A stretch of DNA of 64,000 nucleotides from an uncultured candidate division Zixibacteria bacterium (GTDB lineage Bacteria > Zixibacteria > MSB-5A5 > UBA10806 > 4484-95). A program made the position numbers and the translations under genes. This document shows, one piece after another, positions 18,093 through 27,701 of the stretch (its first letter is position 1; each line of letters opens with the position of its first letter). The notes below the pieces were generated by a model. That model was not told where the DNA came from, ran no database searches, and saw only the letters and a list, made by a program, of their open reading frames with translations. The stretch spans positions 832,001 to 896,000 of the forward strand of contig CAXXKA010000006.1 in the NCBI GenBank assembly GCA_963668625.2, in the 5' to 3' direction.

Positions 18093-19292
18093 TTATTCTT
18101 CCAATATAGAGGGTTGCCTGAGTACCCGCGCCTCGGTTGGTAGAAGTTTGAATATTTTCAGGCCGAATCCGAACATGAAACCTATTATACCGAACACTCC
18201 GATTGCCTGGAGCACCTCGAGGAAACTTATCGAATACGAGGCGATTCCCTCCTGTATGACCGACCGGGTTATCTCCATGTTAGGAAATAACTCCGCCGGG
18301 TGGGTAAGCCCCGGAATTACGATAACGTAACGTTCGCATAGCACGCCGAAAATCACCAGGCTGGAGGCCAGTACTATCCACTTGATAGAGCTGCTACGTT
18401 TTTTATTGAACAGTATGAACATGGGGATGACACAACCTACGAATATCAGGCCGAACCAGAACAGCAAGCTGTGCACGCCGCCGAACAGGTAGTACATTGC
18501 AGCTTGCCGAAGCTCGATCACGTAGGCACGATAAGCGTTTTCGACGAATAGAAAGTAAACCACCACCAGTATACAGATAGCCAGGAATCGTCCCAGCCAG
18601 ATTATGAGTTCATCATCCAGGTGACGTTTGGTGACTTTAAACAAGGTAACGATTAGTATTATCATCAAAGCAGTCCCGGAGGCCATAGCGGCCGCGACGA
18701 AGCTGGCCGGCAGCAGGGGAGACTCGTATAGTACTCGCGCGCCGAACCCGAATATCGCCCCGGTGCCTGAATGTACGCAAAATGCCCAGCCGAAAGCCAG
18801 TGTAGCGATCACTTTAGTCAAGGTTCGCCTCTCGGTGAAAAGCGCCCAGAGGTAAACAACACAGATTAAAATATGACCGATATAGAGAATCGGGTTGATC
18901 GAGAACATAGACTGAAGGTTGAAATGCACGAACGGCTCGACAAAAACCCGATCCATTCGACCCTGATCTGTTAGGATGGATAACAGCCCGGCTATCAGAA
19001 ACATCATAGCGACATACACGGCGATACGCGCGAACGGTTTGTATTCGAGTTTGCCGAAAACGCCGTACAGTCCGGAGATAACCAGTGAACCGGCTGATAG
19101 GCCGATATAGTAAACCGCCATTACTATTTGAAGTCCCCACGGTACGCGGGAATACATACCGGTCACCCACAATCCTTTATCGATAATGTATAATGTCGAG
19201 ATCAAACCGGTAATCGCGAAAGCCGCGAAAGTAATCATCACAACCCTATACACGAACGAGTTGCCCTCAATGCTTTCGAATTTTATCTCCAT
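18093..19292 (-). CDS. dsrP: NrfD/DsrP-family integral membrane quinone-interacting subunit
   Basis: About 10 TMs; TGMYSRVPWGLQI, DQGRMDR, HSGTGAIF, ERYVIVIPG; follows dsrJ and dsrO. Confidence 0.85.
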   Translation of the reverse strand: MEIKFESIEGNSFVYRVVMITFAAFAITGLISTLYIIDKGLWVTGMYSRVPWGLQIVMAVYYIGLSAGSLVISGLYGVFGKLEYKPFARIAVYVAMMFLIAGLLSILTDQGRMDRVFVEPFVHFNLQSMFSINPILYIGHILICVVYLWALFTERRTLTKVIATLAFGWAFCVHSGTGAIFGFGARVLYESPLLPASFVAAAMASGTALMIILIVTLFKVTKRHLDDELIIWLGRFLAICILVVVYFLFVENAYRAYVIELRQAAMYYLFGGVHSLLFWFGLIFVGCVIPMFILFNKKRSSSIKWIVLASSLVIFGVLCERYVIVIPGLTHPAELFPNMEITRSVIQEGIASYSISFLEVLQAIGVFGIIGFMFGFGLKIFKLLPTEARVLRQPSILEE

Positions 19293-19317
19293 AATTTACC
19301 TCGTTATTCCCGATTTC

Positions 19318-20058
19318 CTATAAACCGACATAGTAAACTTTCGGATTGGTACCCAGATCCTCCCGCAGTCTCTTAACTGCTGCGTTTCTGACAATGTGGG
19401 AGATTTTACTGTCAGGATCATTGAGGTCGCCAACCAGCAGGGCGTTTGCTCCAATGCGATGGCATACCTCAACACACGCCGGGAGACGACCACTATCCAG
19501 GCGATGAGCGCAAAGGTTACACGATTCGGCAACGCCATGCGATCTTTTGGGGTGGTCTTTATTATTCCAGTGCTCGTTCTCCTTGAAATTGAATGATCGG
19601 GCGTTATACGGGCAGGCGATCATGCAGTAGCGGCAGCCTATACAGCGGTGATGATCGACAATCACTATGCCATCCTCGCGCTTATAGGTAGCCTGCACGG
19701 GGCAAACCTGTGCGCAGGGCGGATTATCGCAATGGTTGCACATCAGTATCACTGATTTCTCGGTGGTTTCGTGCCCGACTTTGCTTTCGAGCTTGACCTT
19801 GCGTATCCAGTTTACATCCCAGCGGTTATCATCGAAATGAGCCACATTGTTTTCCTGACGGCAGGCATCGAGGCAGGCTGTGCAATTCTCGCGGCATTTG
19901 GTCATATCGATGAGCATTCCCCATTTCTTGCCGGCTAAAGGGCTGCCCTCGCTATCCCCATGTATTATCGAGGAGGTCAGGAAACGGAAGGCATATACGC
20001 TGGATGCGCCTATCAAGAAGGTGCCGCCGGTAATTTTTAGAAAATCTCTTCTATCCAT
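19318..20058 (-). CDS. dsrO: DsrO periplasmic 4Fe-4S protein
   Basis: Tat signal MDRRDFLK; WGMLIDMTKC, CNHCDNPPCAQVCP, CIGCRYCMIACPY, CNLCAHR...PACVEVC. Confidence 0.9.
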   Translation of the reverse strand: MDRRDFLKITGGTFLIGASSVYAFRFLTSSIIHGDSEGSPLAGKKWGMLIDMTKCRENCTACLDACRQENNVAHFDDNRWDVNWIRKVKLESKVGHETTEKSVILMCNHCDNPPCAQVCPVQATYKREDGIVIVDHHRCIGCRYCMIACPYNARSFNFKENEHWNNKDHPKRSHGVAESCNLCAHRLDSGRLPACVEVCHRIGANALLVGDLNDPDSKISHIVRNAAVKRLREDLGTNPKVYYVGL

Positions 20059-20082
20059 ATAGAATACACCTCGCTAACGATT

Positions 20083-20451
20083 TTATGGGTAATAGTGACA
20101 GCCGTAACAATCTGGTGTCATGCTTACCGAACTGTGACATTTGTTACAGAACTGCATCCTGTTGGTGTGGCAATCGCGGCATCTGCTCAAGCTGATATCA
20201 CCGCGTTTGCCATAGCGTACGAACTCCTCGCGTACCGATCTTAGCAGCTCCCAGTGGTGGTGACGCATATACTCGGTATCTTTCAGGCATTGCTTGTATT
20301 TAGGGTCGGGCATCTCGAGGAATGGTTTCGATTCCAACGTGGCTTTATGAGATGGATAAGCGATAAGGCTGTATGCAAACGGGAAGAGGATAATCAAAAT
20401 CGGAATAATTATTATAATTTTCGAGGATTTGTTATTGGATACTTTGCTCAT
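20083..20451 (-). CDS. dsrJ: DsrJ triheme cytochrome c
   Basis: N-terminal anchor; QCLKDTEYMRHHH; three CxxCH motifs (CRDCH, CNKCH, CYGCH). Confidence 0.88.
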   Translation of the reverse strand: MSKVSNNKSSKIIIIIPILIILFPFAYSLIAYPSHKATLESKPFLEMPDPKYKQCLKDTEYMRHHHWELLRSVREEFVRYGKRGDISLSRCRDCHTNRMQFCNKCHSSVSMTPDCYGCHYYP

Positions 20452-20460
20452 ACGATCCCC

Positions 20461-21723
20461 CTATCGTTTGATATTAGCAGTTGCAGTTATTTCCGACTCG
20501 ATCTTCCTGCCGGTATGCTCGGCATATACCAGAGCTACCGTACGGTAAACTATATGCGCCAGCTTGGAATAGGGCAGGTATAGCAAAAGCGAGCAGACGA
20601 ATACCAGATGAATGAAATAGGCTATATGACGATGTGGCTCCAGCCTGACATAGTGCAGCGCCTCGGTGATAAAGCCGGTTAAGGTCACGATGAATATCAC
20701 GGCGATCAGCGTCCAGTCGAAATAGTGAGAGGCTGAGGTGTTCTTGCGTTCGCGAAAGCGCTCGAATATCATTACCGATAAACCGCCCAACACCGATAGC
20801 CCGCCGAGATTCGCCAATATCTTCCATGGGCTGAAAAAGCCGAATGGATATACGAAACCATCCTGAGTGAGCGGGTTGATGCTCGAGGTTATAATCCAGA
20901 ACGTAACCGCAGATAATGCTATAAAACCGAAAAAGACACACATATGCGACCAATAACGGGTATGGTTCGAGGTACATTGATCGAAATTCTTGTGAATTAT
21001 TACATTACCGATTGCTGTCAGAATGCTGGAGCCGATACTTTTTACCGGCTTGATATTGTAGTATCTACCGGAGGATGATTTGAGTGTTTTCCAAAATCTG
21101 CTCGCACCGATCGTGATAGCTATCAGGGCCAGCCCGGTTATAATAAAGAAAAAACTATTAAGCAACCAGTGGGGGAAGATGTTGGAATAATTGAATACGA
21201 TTTTGCTTTCGGTGAATCCCGAGATGCCCAGCGTCTTTTCAAGCGGGTCTTTAAGGAATAGCGCTAAACTGAGTAAGATTATCGGTATAGCAATCATCAT
21301 GAGAGCTGCCGCAGGCTGGTTGGCCCATCTGCCTAAAAAACGCGGGAAGGAGTACTGCTCGATTCCATGTTGCCTGATAGCCGCTAAAACATCCCCGGGT
21401 TTGGCTCCCCGTGGGCATCTGACCGAGCAGTCGTTGCACTGGTAGCAAAGCCAGATATCGACATCGGTCATCAACCTGTTTTTCATCCCCCAGCTTGCCC
21501 AGGCCATCTCTTTCGAGGGAAACGGGCTGTGATCGGGCGACAGGGCGCAGGTGCTCGAGCAGGTGCCGCATTGCATGCATAGCTTGTATTGATCACCGCC
21601 GCTTTTGGATAATGCCCTGATGAAATCAAGATCTGGATCGACTACAGACGGCTTGTTGTTGCCTGATGATTCAGGTTGAGCCTCCGGTTGCCCCTGTTTC
21701 TGAATGTTCGCTGTATCCTGCAT
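20461..21723 (-). CDS. qmoC: QmoC, membrane subunit (2x4Fe-4S plus cytochrome b)
   Basis: CMQCGTCSSTC, PFPSKEMAWASWG, WLCYQCNDCSVRCPRGAKPGD, TM domain ending YLPYSKLAH. Confidence 0.92.
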   Translation of the reverse strand: MQDTANIQKQGQPEAQPESSGNNKPSVVDPDLDFIRALSKSGGDQYKLCMQCGTCSSTCALSPDHSPFPSKEMAWASWGMKNRLMTDVDIWLCYQCNDCSVRCPRGAKPGDVLAAIRQHGIEQYSFPRFLGRWANQPAAALMMIAIPIILLSLALFLKDPLEKTLGISGFTESKIVFNYSNIFPHWLLNSFFFIITGLALIAITIGASRFWKTLKSSSGRYYNIKPVKSIGSSILTAIGNVIIHKNFDQCTSNHTRYWSHMCVFFGFIALSAVTFWIITSSINPLTQDGFVYPFGFFSPWKILANLGGLSVLGGLSVMIFERFRERKNTSASHYFDWTLIAVIFIVTLTGFITEALHYVRLEPHRHIAYFIHLVFVCSLLLYLPYSKLAHIVYRTVALVYAEHTGRKIESEITATANIKR

Positions 21724-21797
21724 AACACTCTCATTGTTTTTCCGTGATGTTTAGCCGTTGATGCTCCTTTGTTTTATCTATATATGTTAATACTGTA

Positions 21798-24071
21798 TTA
21801 CATTCCCTTGAACGGGTTCATGCCGATTTCCTCGATCATCTCGGCGAAATTATTGAATATCTCCGGCAGCTTATGATAGTCCGATATTTGCAGCTGGTGA
21901 AGCTCCAGGCGTTGATCCTCCATCGACATCTGCTCCAGTTTTTCCCGAATATTTCCGCTTCGGTAATCTGCCAGCTCGCTGCCCTTGCAGAAATGACACT
22001 GGTAATCATCCCCGTACTTACAGCCGATTAGTATGACGCCATCATAGCCTTTCGATATCGCCTCGGTAATCCAAACACTATTTACCGATCCCAAACACCT
22101 GATAGGAATCACCCTGACAAACGGGCTGTAACTCAAGCGATGTTGCCCCATCAAATCCATAGCCGGGAAAGCATCATTTTCGCACATGATAGCCAGTATC
22201 CGGGGTTTCTCCTCGAACTCATCGGGAACCTCGATAGCCTGAATCATCGAGACGATTATATTAACCGAGAAATCCTTAAACGATACGATACGTTCGGGAC
22301 AGGCGCCCAGGCATACGCCGCATCTACGGCAGCGGGTTGCCTGAAGTAATGGCGTGCCTTTGGTATCTTCGTTTAATACGCCGAACGGACATTCCTCGGT
22401 GCAGCGTTTGCACTGAGTACATTTTTGCAGGAAGAAATCGGGATACGATTTATCACCCGCCCGGGGATGAACGGCCTCGCCTCGGGAGGTCATCTCGATA
22501 CACTGGATCGCTTTCAAGGCCGCGCCGGTAGCGTCCTCGATACTGTTGGAGCTATCCATGGGCGCGCGCACGGCCCCGGCAGGGTAGATGCCGGTACGGC
22601 GGCTCTCATAGGGGAAACAGATGAAATGCGAATCGGGGAAACCGTATTCCAGCGTCGGCAGGTCTGGTCCCTGACGGTATACCAGGTTCAATATCTCGGT
22701 TTTATCATGAGCCGCCAGTTCATCTATTTTGTCCTCGGCGGTTTTGCGCTGAGTATCCGTTTCACCTTTAATCATTGCTATTTTGGCATCCTCGAGCGCG
22801 CGTATTTTCTCACCATCGGCGGAGTTTGGTACCATCCCGGTAGCCATCACGATGAGGTCGACGCTAACCTGAATCCGGTCGCCGGGCATCGTGTTCTTAG
22901 CGGTGATTATCAACTTGCCATCCTTGCTTTCGCTGACCTCGGCGATATCGCCGCGCGTGAAGAATATGCCCTCATCCTCCTGCGCCGCCCGGTAAAAATC
23001 CTCGTACAATCCGGAGGTACGGATGAACTCGTAAAATATGAACGCCTTTGTATCGGAGCCTTGCTGACGGAGATACATGGCTTGTTTTATCGAGGTCAAA
23101 CAACAGATAGAGGAGCAGTATGAGTGATGTTCTTTATTGCGCGAACCGCCACATTGTATGAAGGCGATAGATTTGACCTCTTTGCCATCGGAGGGACGGC
23201 TTATCTTACCATAGTTTTTAACCATCTCCTCAAAATCAACGTTACGTATTACATTGTTGAATTTAGCGTAGGGTAAATTGCTGTCTATGGCCTTTGGCCT
23301 CCAGCCGGTCGCTTGAACGATAGAACCTACCCTGAAAGTATCAAGCGGCTCGGCATCGATATTGCCGTTTTCGGAAGGTTTAACCGTGACATCGAACAAG
23401 CCGGGCGCGCCCTCGATACGTGAGGTAACCGCCGATTTGAATACTTTAACACGCTTGTGATGCTCGACTTGCTCGATCAATTCGTTAACACCGACATCCT
23501 CAAGCTCACGGAACGGCGGTTTCGTTGGAATGGATTTATGTTGTTTGCCAAGCCAGCCGCCGAGCTTATCGGATTTCTCCACCAGTTTGACTTTATAGCC
23601 GGTATTGGCCGCTTCCAGGGCCGCGGTTAATCCGGTGATGCCGCCGCCTACTACCAGGATATTCTTGTTGATCTCCTCCTCGGATTTAAACGGCTCGAGC
23701 GGCTGCATTTTTTTGATTTTAGCGATATACATGCGCAGGTAGTCCTCGGCCATCATCTGCGTATCCTCCTCGTTGGGAGGCTGGCACCAGACCACATGCT
23801 CACGTATGGGGATTTTCTCGACTATCACATCCGCCGGAAACATATCATCACTGTATTGACGGGGTGATACGCCGGCGATAACCACCTTATTGAGCTGCTG
23901 GCTTTCTATATCGCGATTAATCGATTCTATATCGGGTATCTCGCATGAATCGATTTTCTTACAGAAAGGCGCCTTGTGCTCATCGGTGGCTACCTTACAC
24001 AATGCCTCGATATCGATTGCCTCGGCTATTCCATAACCCGTACATATGAAGACACCTATTTTATCCTCCAT
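21798..24071 (-). CDS. qmoB: QmoB (HdrA-like FAD/FeS domain fused to an MvhD-like domain)
   Basis: GGGITG, FIQCGGSR, CSSICC, DSHFICFPYESRRTGIY, two 4Fe-4S motifs, CENDA/RCLGS/GCKYGDDYQCHF; GAGG RBS before ATG 24071. Confidence 0.93.
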   Translation of the reverse strand: MEDKIGVFICTGYGIAEAIDIEALCKVATDEHKAPFCKKIDSCEIPDIESINRDIESQQLNKVVIAGVSPRQYSDDMFPADVIVEKIPIREHVVWCQPPNEEDTQMMAEDYLRMYIAKIKKMQPLEPFKSEEEINKNILVVGGGITGLTAALEAANTGYKVKLVEKSDKLGGWLGKQHKSIPTKPPFRELEDVGVNELIEQVEHHKRVKVFKSAVTSRIEGAPGLFDVTVKPSENGNIDAEPLDTFRVGSIVQATGWRPKAIDSNLPYAKFNNVIRNVDFEEMVKNYGKISRPSDGKEVKSIAFIQCGGSRNKEHHSYCSSICCLTSIKQAMYLRQQGSDTKAFIFYEFIRTSGLYEDFYRAAQEDEGIFFTRGDIAEVSESKDGKLIITAKNTMPGDRIQVSVDLIVMATGMVPNSADGEKIRALEDAKIAMIKGETDTQRKTAEDKIDELAAHDKTEILNLVYRQGPDLPTLEYGFPDSHFICFPYESRRTGIYPAGAVRAPMDSSNSIEDATGAALKAIQCIEMTSRGEAVHPRAGDKSYPDFFLQKCTQCKRCTEECPFGVLNEDTKGTPLLQATRCRRCGVCLGACPERIVSFKDFSVNIIVSMIQAIEVPDEFEEKPRILAIMCENDAFPAMDLMGQHRLSYSPFVRVIPIRCLGSVNSVWITEAISKGYDGVILIGCKYGDDYQCHFCKGSELADYRSGNIREKLEQMSMEDQRLELHQLQISDYHKLPEIFNNFAEMIEEIGMNPFKGM

Positions 24072-24075
24072 AACC

Positions 24076-25335
24076 TCACTCTCCTTCATTCAGGCATTGA
24101 ATAGCTTTCAGTGCGGCCGAGGTAGAATCCTTTGTCGCCCGCGAAACCTCGCACGGATGCTTGGCGCAGCCGACAGCGTAAATACCGTTGCCGTTCGCGC
24201 CGTTGTCTATGAATCCGTATTTATCATAATTGACCTCAACCGGGAATTTCAGTCCCTCGGTATTGGGTACCATACCGGTTGCCAGCACCACCATATCGAA
24301 TTGGTCATGCAGGTTCTCTCGAGTGATAGTGTCCTCGACATCAAGGATGAGATTGTGATTATCTCTCTCGGAGATTTCAGCCACCTTACCTTTTATGAAA
24401 TTGATATGATCATCATCAAGGATGTTGTAGTAGAATTTCTCGTGACGGCCAACTGCGCGGATATCTATGTAAAACATGGTTGCTTTAGTGTTTTCGTTAC
24501 TCTGCCTGAGATATCTCATATGTTTAAGCGAGGCCATGCAACAAACAGCCGAGCAGTAGGGGAGATGGTTGTCATCCCGGGAGCCCGCGCATTGCACGAA
24601 CGCCACGTTCTCCGCCGGTTTGCCATCGGAGGGGCGAAGTATTTTACCGCCGGTGGGGCCGCCCGCCGAGGCGAAACGTTCCATCATGACATTAGTAATT
24701 ACATTAGGGAATTTGCCATAACCGAGGTTGTCGAGATTGTTAGCGTCGTAAGGATGCCAGCCGGTGGCTACGATTATCGCGCCGACATCGAAAGCAATCA
24801 CCTTATCTGTCATTTCCAAATCGATTGCTCCCTCAGGGCAGATTTTCAGTATGTTGTCGGCGTCCTCCTCGGAAAGCGCCTCGCGATCGAGCATGTAGGT
24901 AGAGGGATATGCCATATCATGAGGTATGTACAGGGCTTTGGTGTTATCCAGGCCATAGTTGAAATCGTTTGGCCGTTCGGATTTCAGCTTATCGGCCATT
25001 TCCTCATCGATAGGTTTCCGGCCGGTTACATATCTTGGCTTAAGCCTTACTTTCACCCGGAAATCTCCAACCTCGCCGGAGATTTTCTCTACCTCGGCTA
25101 AAGTGTGTATTGTAATCCGGGGATTATTTCTGATTCTCCTGGTGTTGATTTCGAAGCCGCAGGTGGGTGGGCACATTTTGGGGAAATAGCGGTACATGCG
25201 CATTACCCTGCCGCCCAGATATGCCTCTTTTTCGACAAGTATAACCCGATAACCTACCTCGGCTGCCTCGACTGCCGCAGTTATGCCTGCAATTCCACCG
25301 CCAATTACCAGAATTGGTTTCGCATTGTTATTCAT
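24076..25335 (-). CDS. qmoA: QmoA (short HdrA-like flavoprotein)
   Basis: GGGIAG, YFPKMCPPTCG, FVQCAGSRD, YCSAVCCMASLK, C-terminal AALKAIQ. Confidence 0.92.
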   Translation of the reverse strand: MNNNAKPILVIGGGIAGITAAVEAAEVGYRVILVEKEAYLGGRVMRMYRYFPKMCPPTCGFEINTRRIRNNPRITIHTLAEVEKISGEVGDFRVKVRLKPRYVTGRKPIDEEMADKLKSERPNDFNYGLDNTKALYIPHDMAYPSTYMLDREALSEEDADNILKICPEGAIDLEMTDKVIAFDVGAIIVATGWHPYDANNLDNLGYGKFPNVITNVMMERFASAGGPTGGKILRPSDGKPAENVAFVQCAGSRDDNHLPYCSAVCCMASLKHMRYLRQSNENTKATMFYIDIRAVGRHEKFYYNILDDDHINFIKGKVAEISERDNHNLILDVEDTITRENLHDQFDMVVLATGMVPNTEGLKFPVEVNYDKYGFIDNGANGNGIYAVGCAKHPCEVSRATKDSTSAALKAIQCLNEGE

Positions 25336-25958
25336 TTTTATCTCTCGAATTAAATATTGATATCATCGATGTTTCACCTTGCGCTGATACTAGTGGACCG
25401 TAGAGTCGCATTATTTCCGGTATAGTTGTCCGTTCAGTCATTTTTAAAAAAGAAAATAATAAACGCACGATAACCGGAGACCGGCTGTAATACCACTGTG
25501 ATAGTTTCCCTGTTGTATTCTTATTTTCAAAGAAAAACAGAAATTATATTGTAATGTCTCTGGTGCTAATCTTGTAAATTGATATTGCTAACTTAACCTA
25601 CGTTCATATCAGAAATTTGTCAAGAGTTTTTTATTCGATTAATATTACACTTTATGTTCGCATAGTAAAAATAACGAACTCCGATTGTACTAAAATTATT
25701 AAGAAATATAGCAAGAGTTAACACGATTCACTATACGAGTTTTTGATAAGAGATATTAATTTGTGAATCCCGAATCGGCGCTACACCGGTTTTTGGGGGC
25801 AGATAGATACTAGATATTGCATTATAAGTTATTTAAATTGTATCAGAGAATATTTAACCTGCTCAATCAGACCTATAAAATGCCGAAATCTATAACAAGT
25901 CGTGATATCTCGGTTAGGTCTAATATTTTACGCGTGTTTCGTTGGAGTGATCGATTAG

Positions 25959-27701
25959 GTGATAAAAATCAAACTTAATATGCTGATTATTGGTTCGCAG
26001 TATAAAACCATTAATAAAATTCGCGCTATTCTAAAACATACCGAACAAATGGATGTTAAAGTTACTTACTCGTACAGCTTTGCCAATGGCCTGGCAAAAT
26101 GCCGGGATAATCATCATGATATTATTCTGATAAGCAAAAGCACCGAGAGTTATACCGAATTGGAGATATTGGAAACTCTCAGGCATGAGGGAGATGATCG
26201 CCCGATCGTGGTTATTTCCAGTATCTATGATGACAACCTGGCGGCTTCACTCATTAAGGCCGGCGCGGATGATTATATGCGTGCGGATACTATTGATGAG
26301 GGCTCGTTTTTAAAATCCGTAAGATATGCCCTGGATCGTTCTCGAATGCGTTTGATGTTAAAACGTGCCCAGCAATTGGAACATCATATGGCCTACCATG
26401 ATCAATTGACCAATCTTCCTAACCGTCAGCTTCTAATTGACAGGCTTCACCAGGCAATCAATCAGAGCCTGCGTTCGGGCGTGTACATGGGGGTTATTTA
26501 TCTGGATTTGAATGAGTTCAAGGATGTTAACGATACACTGGGCCATAAGATAGGTGATTTGCTGTTAAAGTCGGTGGCCGAGCGTCTGAAGCATAGTATT
26601 CGCCAGAGTGATACGGTATCACGGCTGGGTGGGGATGAGTTTATGGTAATACTAAACGGAATCGCCGGCCCTCGCGATGCCGCGCGAGTTGCTAAAAAGA
26701 TCAATATCGAACTGGCTAAACCTCATAAACTGGAGAACCATTCAGTCAGCATGTCAGCCAGTATCGGAATCAGTATTTTCCCGTGGGATGGCGACAATGT
26801 CGATTCGCTTATGAAAAACGCCGATAAAGCAATGTATTTGGCCAAGCGTTACAACACCGGGTACCAATTTTACCATCGTACCATGAACGAGCAGGTTGAG
26901 GCGAAAATCAGACTCGAACGAAACCTGTTAAACGCCCTGAAAAATGACGAGCTAGTGCTTCATTTTCAGCCCATACTCGAAACATATAGTAATAATGTCA
27001 GCGCTTTCGAGGTACTATTAAGATGGAACCATCCCGAGGTTGGCATGATGTATCCGATCGATTTCTTGCCCGTGGCCGAGGAGAGCGATCTTATCCAGAA
27101 GATTCAGAGCTGGGTCATAAATGCCAGTATAGGGTATCTTGAAGAAATTAGAAAATTCAATTATACTGCCAAATTTTCCATTAATGTATGTAATCGGGTA
27201 AATCAAAGAGACGATTATAAACAATGGTTCGATTATAAAATCAGCGAGTTCGGAAACTACGCGGAAAATTTCATACTGGAATTTAACGATCCAACCTCGA
27301 TGGAAAATATAGATGATTTATCGATTTTGCTAAGGCAGGCTAAAAAAAACGGCCTTCAGGTTGTGATAGATAATTTCGGTAGCGGTTTCTCCTCGCTGGC
27401 TTTATTAAATAATTTACCACTTGATATGGTCAAAATCGATAGATCGCTTTTGAAAGTTGATTCTCAATCGTTAAATGATATTCAATTACTTGATGGCCTG
27501 GTTGATTTGACTCATCGCATAGGGCTAAAATCGATAGCCTCCGGAATAGAGACAAAGGAGCAGGATTTGTTCGCCGACAGGATAGAATGCGATTTGAAAC
27601 AAGGTTATTACTACAGTAAACCGTTTCCCGGCAGTCAATTGAAATCATACATAAGTAATTCAATGAAATCTGCGAAACAGACGTTCAGCCAGGTAAAGTG
27701 A
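25959..27701 (+). CDS. REC-GGDEF-EAL protein (intact GGDEF, degenerate EAL and REC)
   Basis: HDQLTNLPNR and RLGGDEF; EAL domain reads EVL, LEFND, IDNFGSG, ASGIE. Confidence 0.9.
   Translation: MIKIKLNMLIIGSQYKTINKIRAILKHTEQMDVKVTYSYSFANGLAKCRDNHHDIILISKSTESYTELEILETLRHEGDDRPIVVISSIYDDNLAASLIKAGADDYMRADTIDEGSFLKSVRYALDRSRMRLMLKRAQQLEHHMAYHDQLTNLPNRQLLIDRLHQAINQSLRSGVYMGVIYLDLNEFKDVNDTLGHKIGDLLLKSVAERLKHSIRQSDTVSRLGGDEFMVILNGIAGPRDAARVAKKINIELAKPHKLENHSVSMSASIGISIFPWDGDNVDSLMKNADKAMYLAKRYNTGYQFYHRTMNEQVEAKIRLERNLLNALKNDELVLHFQPILETYSNNVSAFEVLLRWNHPEVGMMYPIDFLPVAEESDLIQKIQSWVINASIGYLEEIRKFNYTAKFSINVCNRVNQRDDYKQWFDYKISEFGNYAENFILEFNDPTSMENIDDLSILLRQAKKNGLQVVIDNFGSGFSSLALLNNLPLDMVKIDRSLLKVDSQSLNDIQLLDGLVDLTHRIGLKSIASGIETKEQDLFADRIECDLKQGYYYSKPFPGSQLKSYISNSMKSAKQTFSQVK

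Noticed and set aside
22425-25101. Long + strand ORFs (232 aa, 351 aa) opposite qmoA/qmoB
   Set aside because: Antisense shadows of well-supported genes; no motifs
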